From assembly GCA_008632985.1 (NCBI GenBank), contig QPGO01000151.1, positions 62,001 through 126,000 of the forward strand: a stretch of 64,000 nt of DNA, given 5' to 3'. A model generated the notes under the pieces. The model was not told the origin of the DNA, searched no databases, and saw nothing but the letters and a program-made list of their open reading frames with translations. Position numbers and translations under genes: made by a program. Shown here piece after piece: positions 36,645 to 47,968 of this stretch (positions are counted from its first letter, which is position 1; each line of letters opens with the position of its first letter). This DNA comes from Psammoneis japonica. Its lineage: Eukaryota.

Positions 36645-37115
36645 TCGAGTGTAAGTTAGAAGTACCGTACTGTAGTAGTGTTGAAGTTAGTCTCTGCTCT
36701 CTGTCGTACCGTACATTACAGACTGTACTCGTATCTTTTATCTGCTCACCTCCCGAGTCGCTCCCAACATGCTCCCGAGCGGAATTCCTTGCACAAAACG
36801 GTGCGTTAGCTATGCCGTGTACTGTAGAGCGAGCTAGAGTAGTAGAGGAGAGAGGTCCGTTTCCTCTCCTTTCGAGATTGGGAAGTGAATTATTCCAAAT
36901 TGGTGAACCCCTCCGCTCTACTAGGTAGAGAGCTAGATTACTCTCTTTTGAAGTCCTGCAATCGTCAACTCGCCAACCTAGAGTGCAAAGGGTGTTTATT
37001 GACTTCTTACAGTACTTAAAAGTACTCGGAAAAGCAGTGGAACCCCATTATGAATATGTCGAGAGGAACCTCTTATGGTAGATTAACAGTGTCATTGCTC
37101 AGTCCGATACATCAT

Positions 37116-38516
37116 CTATTGACTAACGTTGTTCTCCACAAACACATTAAAGAGAGGAGGTTGCGGTATTTCTTTTCCCGTTGACAAGTCAACAATACAG
37201 CAACCCCGAACTTGCATTAGCCCAGCTGCAAGTGGGAGCAATCGAAAGCTCATGAGACAACTTCCACCAGACGGAGCAACTTCACCAAGGTTTCTAAAAC
37301 TGTTTCCGCACACGACAACACCGCTCATGTTGTTGAGCCTCATTTGTAATTGCAGATTCATACGACTACTAGAGTGATTCACAATAAGAAACTGCGCTTC
37401 TTGTGGTACTTCCAGTTGCATACGAGATGGAGGGTCCACGGGTTCAACCGTGACCGGAAGCACCTTGTCCAAAGCCGGAGCTGAACTCATTCCCTTTGTT
37501 AGCGCTGTTACCGACCGGTTTGCAGCCGCAGCCGCGACATCGACCGAGAGACCACTTCCGTGAACCACATATTTGCTTCCGGCGCCCATCATGAAGCGCG
37601 CCGTACTGGCTGGGCTTCCATCTGCATCCAGCAGCCCCGGCGGCTTTGTTTCGGGGCAAATGACGGGCGTGGAAGCAATTCGCCCCGTCTCGCCCATTGC
37701 CTTCCTCCATGTAAAGACCGCTTTCCCCAGCTCGTCACCACAAGCAATACCTCGTAGTGAAGCGTCTTGTGATGACGCCTTGACTAGAAACAAGTAGCGA
37801 AACGATGATCCGGGCTCGAGTCTGCCAGAGCTGTCAAACAACTCTGCTCCGCTCAGTCGTTCTAGCGTACTTCCCTTTTTTGTTGTAGTTGTTGGAGTCG
37901 TTCTACCAATACGTTCTGCAGTCAATCCATCTGGCGGTTGAAATTCCGCAGAACTTATACATAGTCCAATACCCGAAACATTCTCCACCGCAATCGACAC
38001 AAAGCAAGACGCATCTCCCGACCTCATGGTTAGCTCTCGAATGTTGAGTGGACTCGACACATTGAATCGATAAAACTTGCGCAGAGTTTTCGTTCCTCCA
38101 TCGGCTGCACCGTATCCAACCTCGACTCGCAAAATGTGCTGACCCGGCTCTTCCAGAGCTTGGCTGACAATGGCATCGACGCCTCCACCGGCCGGCACGT
38201 CGACTTGGCTTGTCTCTAGATTCGTCTTTAGGGCAAACTTGTGAGACGGCGTTTGGAGTTGTGCCGAGACTGTGAGACGAAGTACGGGAAGTGTTTTGGA
38301 AACATTCAGTGCTCCCAGGTATGCCGTGAAGGTTTCACCGACATTGATGAGCCCAAACGAGTCCGGTAGAGCTAGCGTTGAGTTGAAGAGAAATTGCGTG
38401 CTCAACGTGCCAGCGGCAGCAGCTTGGAGTTGTGAGCTTTGCAACCGCATCACCTTGAGCGTTGGAACAGCCGTTTCACCGGAACTTGCCGTCATGCTAC
38501 CGCCCTGTTTTGACAT
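37116..38516 (-). CDS. TRAPPC13: Trafficking protein particle complex subunit 13 (Trs65/DUF974 family)
   Basis: LKVMRL, LPDSFGLINVGETFTAYL and EPGQHILRVEVGY..LRKFYRFNV motifs; intact 466-aa ORF. Confidence 0.88.
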   Translation of the reverse strand: MSKQGGSMTASSGETAVPTLKVMRLQSSQLQAAAAGTLSTQFLFNSTLALPDSFGLINVGETFTAYLGALNVSKTLPVLRLTVSAQLQTPSHKFALKTNLETSQVDVPAGGGVDAIVSQALEEPGQHILRVEVGYGAADGGTKTLRKFYRFNVSSPLNIRELTMRSGDASCFVSIAVENVSGIGLCISSAEFQPPDGLTAERIGRTTPTTTTKKGSTLERLSGAELFDSSGRLEPGSSFRYLFLVKASSQDASLRGIACGDELGKAVFTWRKAMGETGRIASTPVICPETKPPGLLDADGSPASTARFMMGAGSKYVVHGSGLSVDVAAAAANRSVTALTKGMSSAPALDKVLPVTVEPVDPPSRMQLEVPQEAQFLIVNHSSSRMNLQLQMRLNNMSGVVVCGNSFRNLGEVAPSGGSCLMSFRLLPLAAGLMQVRGCCIVDLSTGKEIPQPPLFNVFVENNVSQ

Positions 38517-38961
38517 GATTCCTTAGTTGAGTTGAAGGCCTTGATTGTTGTTGCCAAACTTAAAACACACAAAAACAAAACTTTGCACCTTGCACCGACT
38601 GCCACATCGTTGCCGCTGTCCGCACTCTACTACCGGTAGAGGTGGCATCAATTATTGGGTTTGGTCATCCGTGCTGCAAGAAATTGGCGTTCGCGCGCGC
38701 GCACTATGTCAGTGGTCCATGTAGAATCCTACGGACCACGTACGAAATCAAATGACCAGTACGAAACCCACGTAGCCTCCACGATGGCTCGTCGCTCAAC
38801 GGACAAAGCACAAAGCACGGCCAAAAAGGCACGACCGACAGCACACCATCAAGAACCGACCGCTCGCGCCTCGCGCCGCAACAACTTTGCTTTGTCGCGG
38901 TCGGTGTGTTTGTCGACTAGGAGCGTCTCTACTTCTTGTTGACAAAAGCCTACTAGGTCTA

Positions 38962-40150
38962 ATGTTTGTCTCTAACAGCCGGTATTTGCTGTGTGTCCTT
39001 GTGGTGTGCTTACCAGTGCTTGGTTTTGCTGGAGCGCAGCAGGAAACTCCTGCTCCATCGACATCATCACAATCACCGACTACAGCACCTTCTTCTACTC
39101 TGGCCGCTACAGGTTCTCCATCTGCCTTACCAGCCACGGATGCTCCTTCTACGTCGCCAACAACGACTACCGACGTTGCATCTAGTGAACCTACCGCACC
39201 AGCGACAGACAGTCCCACCGTGTCACCACCGCCACCAACGACGACACCAACAATAGCAACAACAAATCCCATTGTTGAAGCCCCCACGACTGTTCCGGCT
39301 TCCACCACAAATGCTCCATCCGGTCCAACCTGGAGTGGTTGTGTCGAACCCAATGGGGATAACGGGGGACTTGTAACGATTGGAGACCCAACCATTATTT
39401 GTCTCACGGTTGGACCCGGTGGGAACTGGGCAAACGGAGTGAATTATATTCGCTGGGTCTTTCGGCCAGAAGCCGACCGGTACTCGCGATTTCATATTCC
39501 AGACTGTAAGTGGGCTGATTGCCATTTATTTAACAGATTGTTGAAGAGCGTAACAACTCATCTATCCATCATTCTATTTTCTCTCGTGCAAAGCCTTTAA
39601 TGACTTGGTGAGTAATGCTGCAAGCTCGCCACTCGGAGATCGGAACCTTACGGTGCATACGGCATCGCAAGACTTTTTGAGCTTTCTTCGCGTCTACTAT
39701 GATCCCGTGCAGAAGCGTATCTTTCCTTACCTTACAGCCATTATTGACGTGGACGACGGAGTTGTCACGGGGATTGCGTGGGACAATGCTTGCGTCTTTT
39801 GCTCGGGTGGACGCTGTGTGGAAAACACCTTTGACTTTGCGGGGACCAGCTCGGTCGATTTGGAATTGGACGCGCAAACCAAGGGATGTTACTTGTCTGT
39901 GGAGGAATGTGCTGCGGTGCTTTTTGATACCGAGACGGGCAGCTCACCAAGTGGAGGATACGAAGCCTCGGAAGGAAACACTTGCGACATCACGTTGTAT
40001 GTGGTTTGGACTGGTACAGACAGCAAGGGAAATGCATTTCAGAGCTCTGGTTACCGGTTTGGTGCTTTTCCGGAAGCTCGGTTGCAGGACCGCGTGAGGA
40101 ACAACTTGCCGGATTTCCCTGATTTCGATAATATTAATCCATTTCTTTAG
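38962..40150 (+). CDS. Secreted protein with a Ser/Thr/Pro-rich linker and a Cys-containing C-terminal domain (2 exons)
   Basis: Signal peptide MFVSNSRYLLCVLVVCLPVLGFAGA; mucin-like stalk; intron 39506-39593 joins the exons in frame; WDNACVFC...CDITLYVVWTGTD. Confidence 0.75.
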
Positions 40151-41134
40151 TTCGCTCAAATGAGTATTTCTCATGAGTGTGGCCGAAGAGACGAAAGAGA
40201 GTTATTTTCAAATTGCGAAGTCTCTATTCATATAATGTTAGACCTTGCTTGATTGCGTGATTGTTTCTTCGAGCAATGTCTTATGACTTGTAGTCTAGGG
40301 ATTTCGGTGTGTGCACTCACTATTGAATTCTATCATCCCAAAGCCGTGGACATCAAAGCCAGAAAACGTGCTGTCTGGTCATGCGTGAGGCACAAAAAAT
40401 GAGCAAAGAAGCTAGCAGAAGACCCTCCTCCAGTGCCTTCCCTTCTCGATTAGAGAGCAGCTTTTTATGAGAAATTTGGAGATCGACCTGAAAAGTGCTT
40501 CTGCTCTTGCAGCTTTTCTGCCACATGGGCAGCATGCGAGATTGCTTGGAGGCTGCACTCTAGAAGTGGCATTCACACAAGCAACGCAAACACACATGTT
40601 CCATGCTTCAGGAAGCTCACCACTCACATTGGAGTGATTGACAATTGTGCCCATGTCAAGATCCCTTTCTTGCACAAAATCTGCTTCTTCCCTGACATTT
40701 TATTTAACTTGCCAAATTTCATCACAGCGTGCTTTTGACAGACTCACATTGTAAAACTGGCACCCATGTTGCTTTCCCCCTTTGCTTGTGTGCTTCTTCT
40801 TGAGCAAGTGAGTGACTTTGGAGCTCTTGCCAGGCACACTTCAGGTGCAAAAGTGGCAAGCACATGAAAGATGTCCCCAAAGGAAGAAGACGCTTGTGAC
40901 AGCACAGCCAGCGCCTGATCTCTTTTCCAGAGCTGTGCACTCTGTTTTGAGCTGGTTTGTTCTGACGCCTCAACAGTGCCAGCCAAGTTGCTGAAATGCA
41001 GAGCTCCAGGTTTGCTGGCCCCTCCAAGAACTGTGAATGACTGTGCTTGTCTCTGCAACCAGCCAATGCATTGTGCTTGAGTTGAGAGCTGCTTGGCTGT
41101 CTCACTTTGTGTGCACTCCTCCTTTGCAATCAGG

Positions 41135-41582
41135 TGCAATGTACAGCTCTACTAACAAGAGTTAATGTATCACGGCGACGTGTTACAGCCTTTAAATGTC
41201 ACAAAGGGCGTGACAAAATAACTTTTTGTCTGCATGCATACTGCATTATGAATTCATAGCGGAGTGGTTTATCGTATGACCATTAGGCAGGAGGCCAGGG
41301 GTTCGAAACCCGAGTGGGAGTTGTCTGCAGCAACGTTGATCACTGTCGAACGCGTAAAACTCTGTGCAGTTCTGTATGTTCCTTCGTACGTACCCACACT
41401 GTTCCGCCAAAACCGTGCAGTGTCAGCACACGTTAGTAAAGAGCCGCATGGACGCGTGATACATGGGGAGGAGTGCAATATACAGCTACTAATAAGAGTT
41501 AATGTATCACGGCGACGTGTTACAGCCTTTAAATGTCACAAAGGGCGTGACAAAATAACCTTTTGTCTGCATGCATGCTGCA
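41135..41582 (+). mobile_element. TRIM-like non-autonomous LTR retroelement (448 bp)
   Basis: Direct repeats at 41135-41245 and 41474-41582, each TG...CA with an imperfect terminal IR (TGCAATAT/ATACTGCA). PPT GGGGAGGAG directly before the 3' LTR. 4-bp TSD CAGG at 41131-41134 and 41583-41586. Confidence 0.85.
41257..41310 (+). promoter_or_regulatory. tRNA-type RNA polymerase III internal promoter (A and B boxes) inside the TRIM
   Basis: A box TAGCGGAGTGG (41257-41267) fits TRGCNNARYGG; B box GGTTCGAAACC (41300-41310) fits GGTTCGANNCC; spacing is tRNA-like. Confidence 0.7.
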
Positions 41583-44512
41583 CAGGAGCATTGATGGGAA
41601 CTTCCATTTGCCTTTTGATCACTGATTTTGATTTTGCCTCATCTCAAATCCAACAAAATAAAAAAAAATCCAAAAACAACAAAAACGTGAGATTCTGGCC
41701 AACACTCTGACAGCAACAATCATCACCATCAATTGCCCAACAGAAGTTGCCGCAGAAAGATGCAATGCCTTTGCATTTGCACCAATCATTTTCTTGCAAA
41801 CAACATCATCATCACACTTGTTGGCTCCAAATGACTTGGACTTCTTGCTCTGCAATGTGCCCTTTTGGTGTGGTGTCATCTTGCTCAAACAAACTGCCGC
41901 GGTGTGCTGCAGTTGTTGGCGATGTGGTGGCTGTCAATTTGCAAGTCTTGCAAGAAGCAGGCTTTTGGATGACATGTTCAATCTGCACCCCAGTGTCTTT
42001 GCAAAACCAGCACTGATTCATTTCTGCCTGCAACACACAAAACCAGCATGGTGGCCATGTTGTGACAATGTCCTTTGAATCTTTTAACTGGCGCCATTGA
42101 CAATCTTTTTGCTGCAAACACTGAGCTTCAGCAAGTGGCCTTGTGTCCTGTCAAAACAGCAGAAATGTGCACACCTGCCACAGTGGGTGACTGTGCCTGC
42201 TTTTGTTTGAGCCAAGAGCGCGCAACAACAAATGTGGTTGTGGCATGTTGCGTGGCAAGAAAAACATCTTGCAGCCCAACTGGCTGCATTTGCCCATGTG
42301 GACAGTTGCAAAAAGGCAAACACAACCCCAAACAAGGCAGCACCTGTTGTCCCTTCCCATTGCTTGATTGTGAGTTTCAAGTGGCTGCAGTCATTGGTGC
42401 ACTCACCAATGTGGCTCCCACACACCACTTGAACAAGAAGCCAAGGACTGCATCTTTGGACATGTTCACATGAGTGGTTGTTGATCAGCACAAGATGCTC
42501 AAAAGTGTCAGTGTGTTCTGTTGGATCTCCTTTGTGGCAAAGTTCTTTGCTGCCACCAGCTCTCCATGATGGAGATTGTCACCATGGGATGCTCTTGAAG
42601 ACTTTCATGCCACCAGCTCAGCTGGACCAGAGAAGGTCAGTCCAGTGCTGCTGCCCTCTCTCCAAGACCCAGTTTGCAGTTTGTTTGATCTCAAGCTGTC
42701 GTTGGAGCCAAGGCTTCCAATCAGGCAGAGCCCACCACAATTGCTCAATGCAACTTGAAGCACATGCTCTGCTGTGTTGGAATGCAGCTTGACAGCTTGT
42801 GCATCATTCTGCAATGGGCTCTTCTTGTGTGATGCAAGTGTGCGACTTGTTGGAGAGCAGAACCATCTCTAGAATGGAACCAAGATCCTGTGGCAGCATG
42901 CTTGAACATTGAACTGTGTTAGAAGGGTGCCAAGGACATTCCACTGGGTGACCAAAGTGTGCACAAATTTGTCAAAGATGGTGATTCTGCAATGATGCTG
43001 AAAGGATGCTGTGTCAGTCAAGATTGAACTCATGTGGGGTTTGGCAAATGTGAAGGCACCATTTTGCCAGCCAGAACCAACAGCACTCCTGATGATCCCT
43101 GTTTGGTGCAAGAGGACCAATGCATGGATTTCATGCTGCAAAGGGGTGCTGGAGGTCATGATGTGCATGGCGTGTCCATGGAGAACAAAAAGGCAGTGTT
43201 TGTGGTTGCTGTCATTTGGTTGTGCCAGTTGCTTGCCATCATTGATTTATTTTAGGAGGCCTTTCTTCAGCACAAGCCTCTCCTTCCTTTTGACCCAGCA
43301 GACAAAGCTGTCGCTCAAGAAATGGCAGAAATCATCAATGCCGGTGCACAGCTGCTTTGACAAATCATGCACCTCCACAAGCTTGAAGAATTGTTGGAAG
43401 GTGAAGTCCAGGTGATTGACCAGGCCAGGATCACAAATGTGAGATGGGTGCTGCCTCATCAGAAAAGGTCATCATTCAATGGCAGGCATTGTTGAAAAGG
43501 GCCGCATCTTCTTGGGACATTTGCTTTCACACTTGTTGAAACCACAATGGTGCCCAAACTGTGCAGTGCTTGTCTTTTTTGGGCCAATGTTGACAACGTG
43601 TGCCACATGTTGGTGCAAATCTCAACAGATTTTGTCTTGATCATGGTGCGTGTGCAGCTTCGGGCACCCCAAAAGACTTGATGACTCACCATCAAAGCTG
43701 CGCTTTTTTGATGTTTGACACGCACACGCATGCACGCATGCATGCATCTCACTGATTCCTGAAATGTCAGTTGTGCAGGTCAATGGCAATGGAAGCAGTG
43801 CCCCGCTGAAAGCACAGTGTTGCTGAGACAAAAAATCTGCAGAGAGAATTGTTCAGTGTGGCACTCCCAGCCAGGGCAGCACGTTGTTGGTTGGCGGCAC
43901 TCAGCATCATGTTGGCAGTGAGACATCTCTTGCCTGAGCTGCTCAATCTCTGTGTTTGCATCTTTGAGCTTTGCATGTGCATCATCAAGCTTTTCTTGTG
44001 GGCCTCTCTTGAGCTTCAGTGCAGACGTGACTCAATTTCCAGCAGTTTGGACAAAGGCGTTTGATCAAACCGAGACTTTTCTTTTGCCTCAACATCAGAG
44101 CATGTGCTTCGAAGGCCTCATGAACAATCTTCGGTGCAACAGCAGAGAGGGCAGCCAGGGATTGTGCACTAAAGTCGAGCAGAGGGCAGCATCATTCTTG
44201 AGACAAATGCACACAATTCAAGAATGATCAAGGGCAAAATTGTCGGGTCACCGTGTTCGTGCGTGCGTTTTTCACGCGAGAAAGGGAAGCACACGAGACT
44301 ACACATCATCGCAGCCGCGACTCTTCAATCTTGTATCGTGCCGCTTGCTGAAGCGAAGCTGTAACCTTACTTACCGGTACGTACAGTAAGTAGCCCATCA
44401 AGCCAAGATCTACGGTATCTATCTTATTACTCTGCATTTTTTCTTTCGACATCACTACTACTTTCTAAACTGTAACCCTTCAACAAAATTTAGTAGAAAG
44501 CAAGGGACCAGG

Positions 44513-47500
44513 ATGCCATCCACAGAACTACCAGCAGCAACGGCACAAGACGAATGGGTCTCTGGTCCCCTTTTGATCCTCGACAGTGGCAACAATCGCA
44601 CGGAGATCTGCCACATACAGCCAGGATACCGCTACAAGGATTACCGAATCAAGCCCGGCTGCATTGTCGAGCGAGCAAGTTGTACTATTCGCTACGTTGA
44701 AGCCAATTCAAAGGAAGCTATTGACAAACTTGAGGGATTCAACGACTCTCGGAAGATGGAAGCAGGTTTGGAAGCCGGAGTTGGTCAATTTATTACGCTG
44801 GGAAGATTGGAAGGAAGGGCCGGGACCTCTCGAGCCTCTGGCCAAATGCAGGAGCAGTCATCGCGATTCACGCACGCAGCGATTGTCTTGTACGGAAGCA
44901 CAAAAAAGAACAAGTTTCATAAGAAAAAAAGTCGCATCCACATCCAGCTCGAGATTCTAGTCGAAAAAAACATGTCATCGAACATCGGCAGCACCCGCGC
45001 TGCTCAAACTGGTCACATCAAAGACGGGAAAAAAAGCGGAAATAACCTCAAAGCTTCCTAACATATCTCGGATCGGTAAAAGCAAAAGTCGTCGAGGTCA
45101 TCGTGAAAAGGACCTTGAGAGGAAAGAGTCGAAATCTCACACATGTACTATCAGTACTACAGAACATGATGACGATGAGGAAGACATTGTTGTCAAGCCC
45201 GTTGTATTGTCAGAAGCAGCGATCGACAATGACAGAACACGAAAGCTTCTGGAACAGAAGCTTCAGAACCCTTCACGTCAGCTGAAGGAATCAGACAGCA
45301 TTGCTGTGCTATCGCTGTGCATTGAGGATGGGATAAGGAATGCAGCAAGCGTCTCAGGAAAAGATGCTGTTGTAGTGCTGGGGAACACCGGTTGTGGTAA
45401 AAGCACTTTGGTAAATTACTTGCTGGGTTGCGACATGATGGAAAAGTCCCCTCGAGAGCTAGGCATCAAAAGCCTTGCAAAGCTCATCGTAGTCAAGCCG
45501 ATGGCAGAAGGGGGGCGACGCGATGAGGTAATGTTAATCGGTCATACTAAAACGTCGAAGACGTTCGTACCTCAGATTGTGCAGGATCCTTCATGCAGGT
45601 CTGTGGCATACTGTGACTGCCCAGGGTTCTTGGACAACAGAGGGGCCGAGATAAACATTGCGAACGCCGTGAACATGAAGGGTGTGATGAAGCAAGCAAA
45701 AAGTGTAAAGATCCTCATCCTTATAAACTATCATAGCCTGCTGGCTGATCGTGGGAGAGGACTTACGGATATGTTGACAATCTGTTCCCAGCTCTTTGGG
45801 AGTACTGCAAATGTCTCCCGTCACCAGAAATCTTTGCTTCTGGGGATTACTCAAGCTCCAGATCACATTGACATGTTGTCCCTTAAGGAATGGTTGCTAG
45901 AGGACACTCCGGATATTATGAGTGTTCTATCAGAGCGGCTGTTTCTTTACGATCCTCTTAATCGAGGAAATGAAGATTTCTGGTCAAGAGAAGAATGCCG
46001 GGATCATCTTGTTCGGCTAGAATCGATTCCGCAGGCATCATCAAAAATGATGTTTCAAACCGTACTGACGGCAAGAGACGAAACGGCGTTGATGCGCATT
46101 GTAGAAATGCAAGCCAGATCTCTAAGAGATGCACTTCGTCAGGGTGAATTTCATTCCGCTGGTGTTCGTTGGAAACTTCTGCAACGACTTCGTGCCATTG
46201 ACAATATTTCGATTGAACGAATGCTCTCGTCTATCCGATTGCGTTTGCAACATGAAGTATCAAGGCGAATCGCATTATTCAGAGATTATTGCCCCCATTA
46301 TCAATTCAAGGAAGCGGAAGCTCAGCTTTCATCGCTAAGAGATCTGTCACGTTATTTCCCCGAAGATGACCTCGATCTCGACTTGAGACTACTCTTGAGC
46401 CACATGAAATTCTTCAAGGGAAAGCAGGAATCGGAGATGGAGAGAGAACAAACATACATAGCTGAGCAGAAACGATATGAAGCAGAAACCGCGAAGTTGT
46501 TGGAGGTCATTGATCGCCAAAAAAGCGAAACCGAAAAGCGTCTTGAGCAGCTCAACGACGAGCATTGTTTGGAAACAGAGAAGCTTCGAGGTGAGATGGA
46601 CCGGCAGAGCACGCTTCACGATGAACAAATAAAGATGCTTCAGGAGGAGAGTGCATCTGCGCTATCCAAGCAAAAAGAATTGCTTGCTCTGAGTCAAGCC
46701 CTCAGCGAGGAAGAAAGGACGAAATTGGAGGATGAACAGACCCGACTTATTGAGCTCTACAACAGAAGAGTCGAAGAAGCGGAGAACGAGAAAGCGATTT
46801 TTCAGGCGGAGTTTGAAAATATGATAATCCAGCAGGAGAAGACTCAGTCAGAGTCAAAGGAAGCGCTTGAAGCGCACATAGTTGCTTTAGAGTGTCAGCG
46901 ACAAGAAGCTGAAAGAGCCAATCTTTTGCGTCGGCAGTCTCTTGAGCATCAGAGGCAGATAGAAATACAGACGCAAGTGAGGAAAGAAACAACACGTCGA
47001 GCTGACGCATTTGGAGTTGCGGAGTGGCAGACGTACTTTCATGGGCATGTTGAGTCAGACATGCCGCTACCGCAGCACGTCAACGAAATCTTGGACGGGC
47101 CTTGTCCATTTTGGCCGGCTATGAGAGTTAGAGATACACACCTACTCACGTACATCCCTGCGACTTTGAACGGCAGGAGCTTCACGCTTCGTGTTCTCTC
47201 CGAAATATCATTAGAGTTAGACCCTCCCGCACACGTCATGGCGGATGATAACATCTTGGAGGCACTCGGTGATGAAGAATCCAAAGGTCCGTACTGGCTT
47301 TTAATAACACGCGGCGTGATTCCTCGAAGCTTGAATCGGCTTTACGGAGATCAGAAAGTTATGATCTCACAGTACGGCTATGACATGCCACGTGCTCTTG
47401 AAACGGCTACGTCTATCATGGCTCATTATGCCCGGACAAAGGAAAAGCTCTACGCAATTGGGTCCGGACCGGACGGCAAAGGAACTTATACCTACTGCCA

Positions 47501-47717
47501 AGAGAAGGTTGCCTGGAAAGGCGGTCAATCTAAAAGTGGCTTTCACAAAGTAGGAGACTATCCATCTCTTGTAGGTGGATTCGACGCCGCCTCAGCCCTC
47601 ACCGTCTCCACAACTAGATACGTTGCCGACGAACGCGGTGATTCAACTCAAGGTGTGGCGGGCTGTCGAAGATTGTATAGCAAGTTAAGCTCCGCTTACA
47701 GAAGTGGGTCAACGTAA
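44513..47717 (+). CDS. P-loop GTPase-like + coiled coil + C-terminal domain resembling proteins of environmental Chlamydiae; intronless, with one +1 frameshift
   Basis: Walker A GNTGCGKST and DCPGFLDNRG. The 45207 frame is open back to 44961 and joins ORF 44513-45061 if one A is removed from an A7 run. C-terminal AFGVAEWQTYF..LP..ILDGPCPFWP..THLL..YWLLIT..TYTYCQE..VGGF..GVAGCRRL. Confidence 0.75.
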
Positions 47718-47968
47718 GCAGTGAACGAAACGTATTTCAAAATACAATACTGTTGAGTGGAGTTTGTGTTTCTTTTATGGTAAATTTAATACAAATTTGT
47801 TTTGCGACGTTGGTGTCTTGTCTCAGTGAGGCGGCGGGAAACCCGCTGCCACCCTGTTATAAAGCATACAAATGAACTGATAGATACTACGACGTTGTGT
47901 TGACACCCTGCCCCTTGGCACAATGATTGAATTGATTTGATATATCACACAACGCGCCCACTCGCGAC

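Larger units (their letters stand above)
40340..44230. other. TpA/CpG-depleted block 4, interrupted by a young insertion at 41135-41582
   Basis: TA nearly absent outside 41140-41560; Tyr-free spurious ORFs. Confidence 0.85.

Noticed and set aside
41250..41325. Functional tRNA gene
   Set aside because: A and B boxes are present, but the acceptor and T stems pair poorly and there is no clear anticodon arm.
44960..45040. Programmed ribosomal frameshift at A7 runs
   Set aside because: Similar homopolymer frame breaks occur in unrelated housekeeping genes in this window, so consensus error is the simpler explanation.
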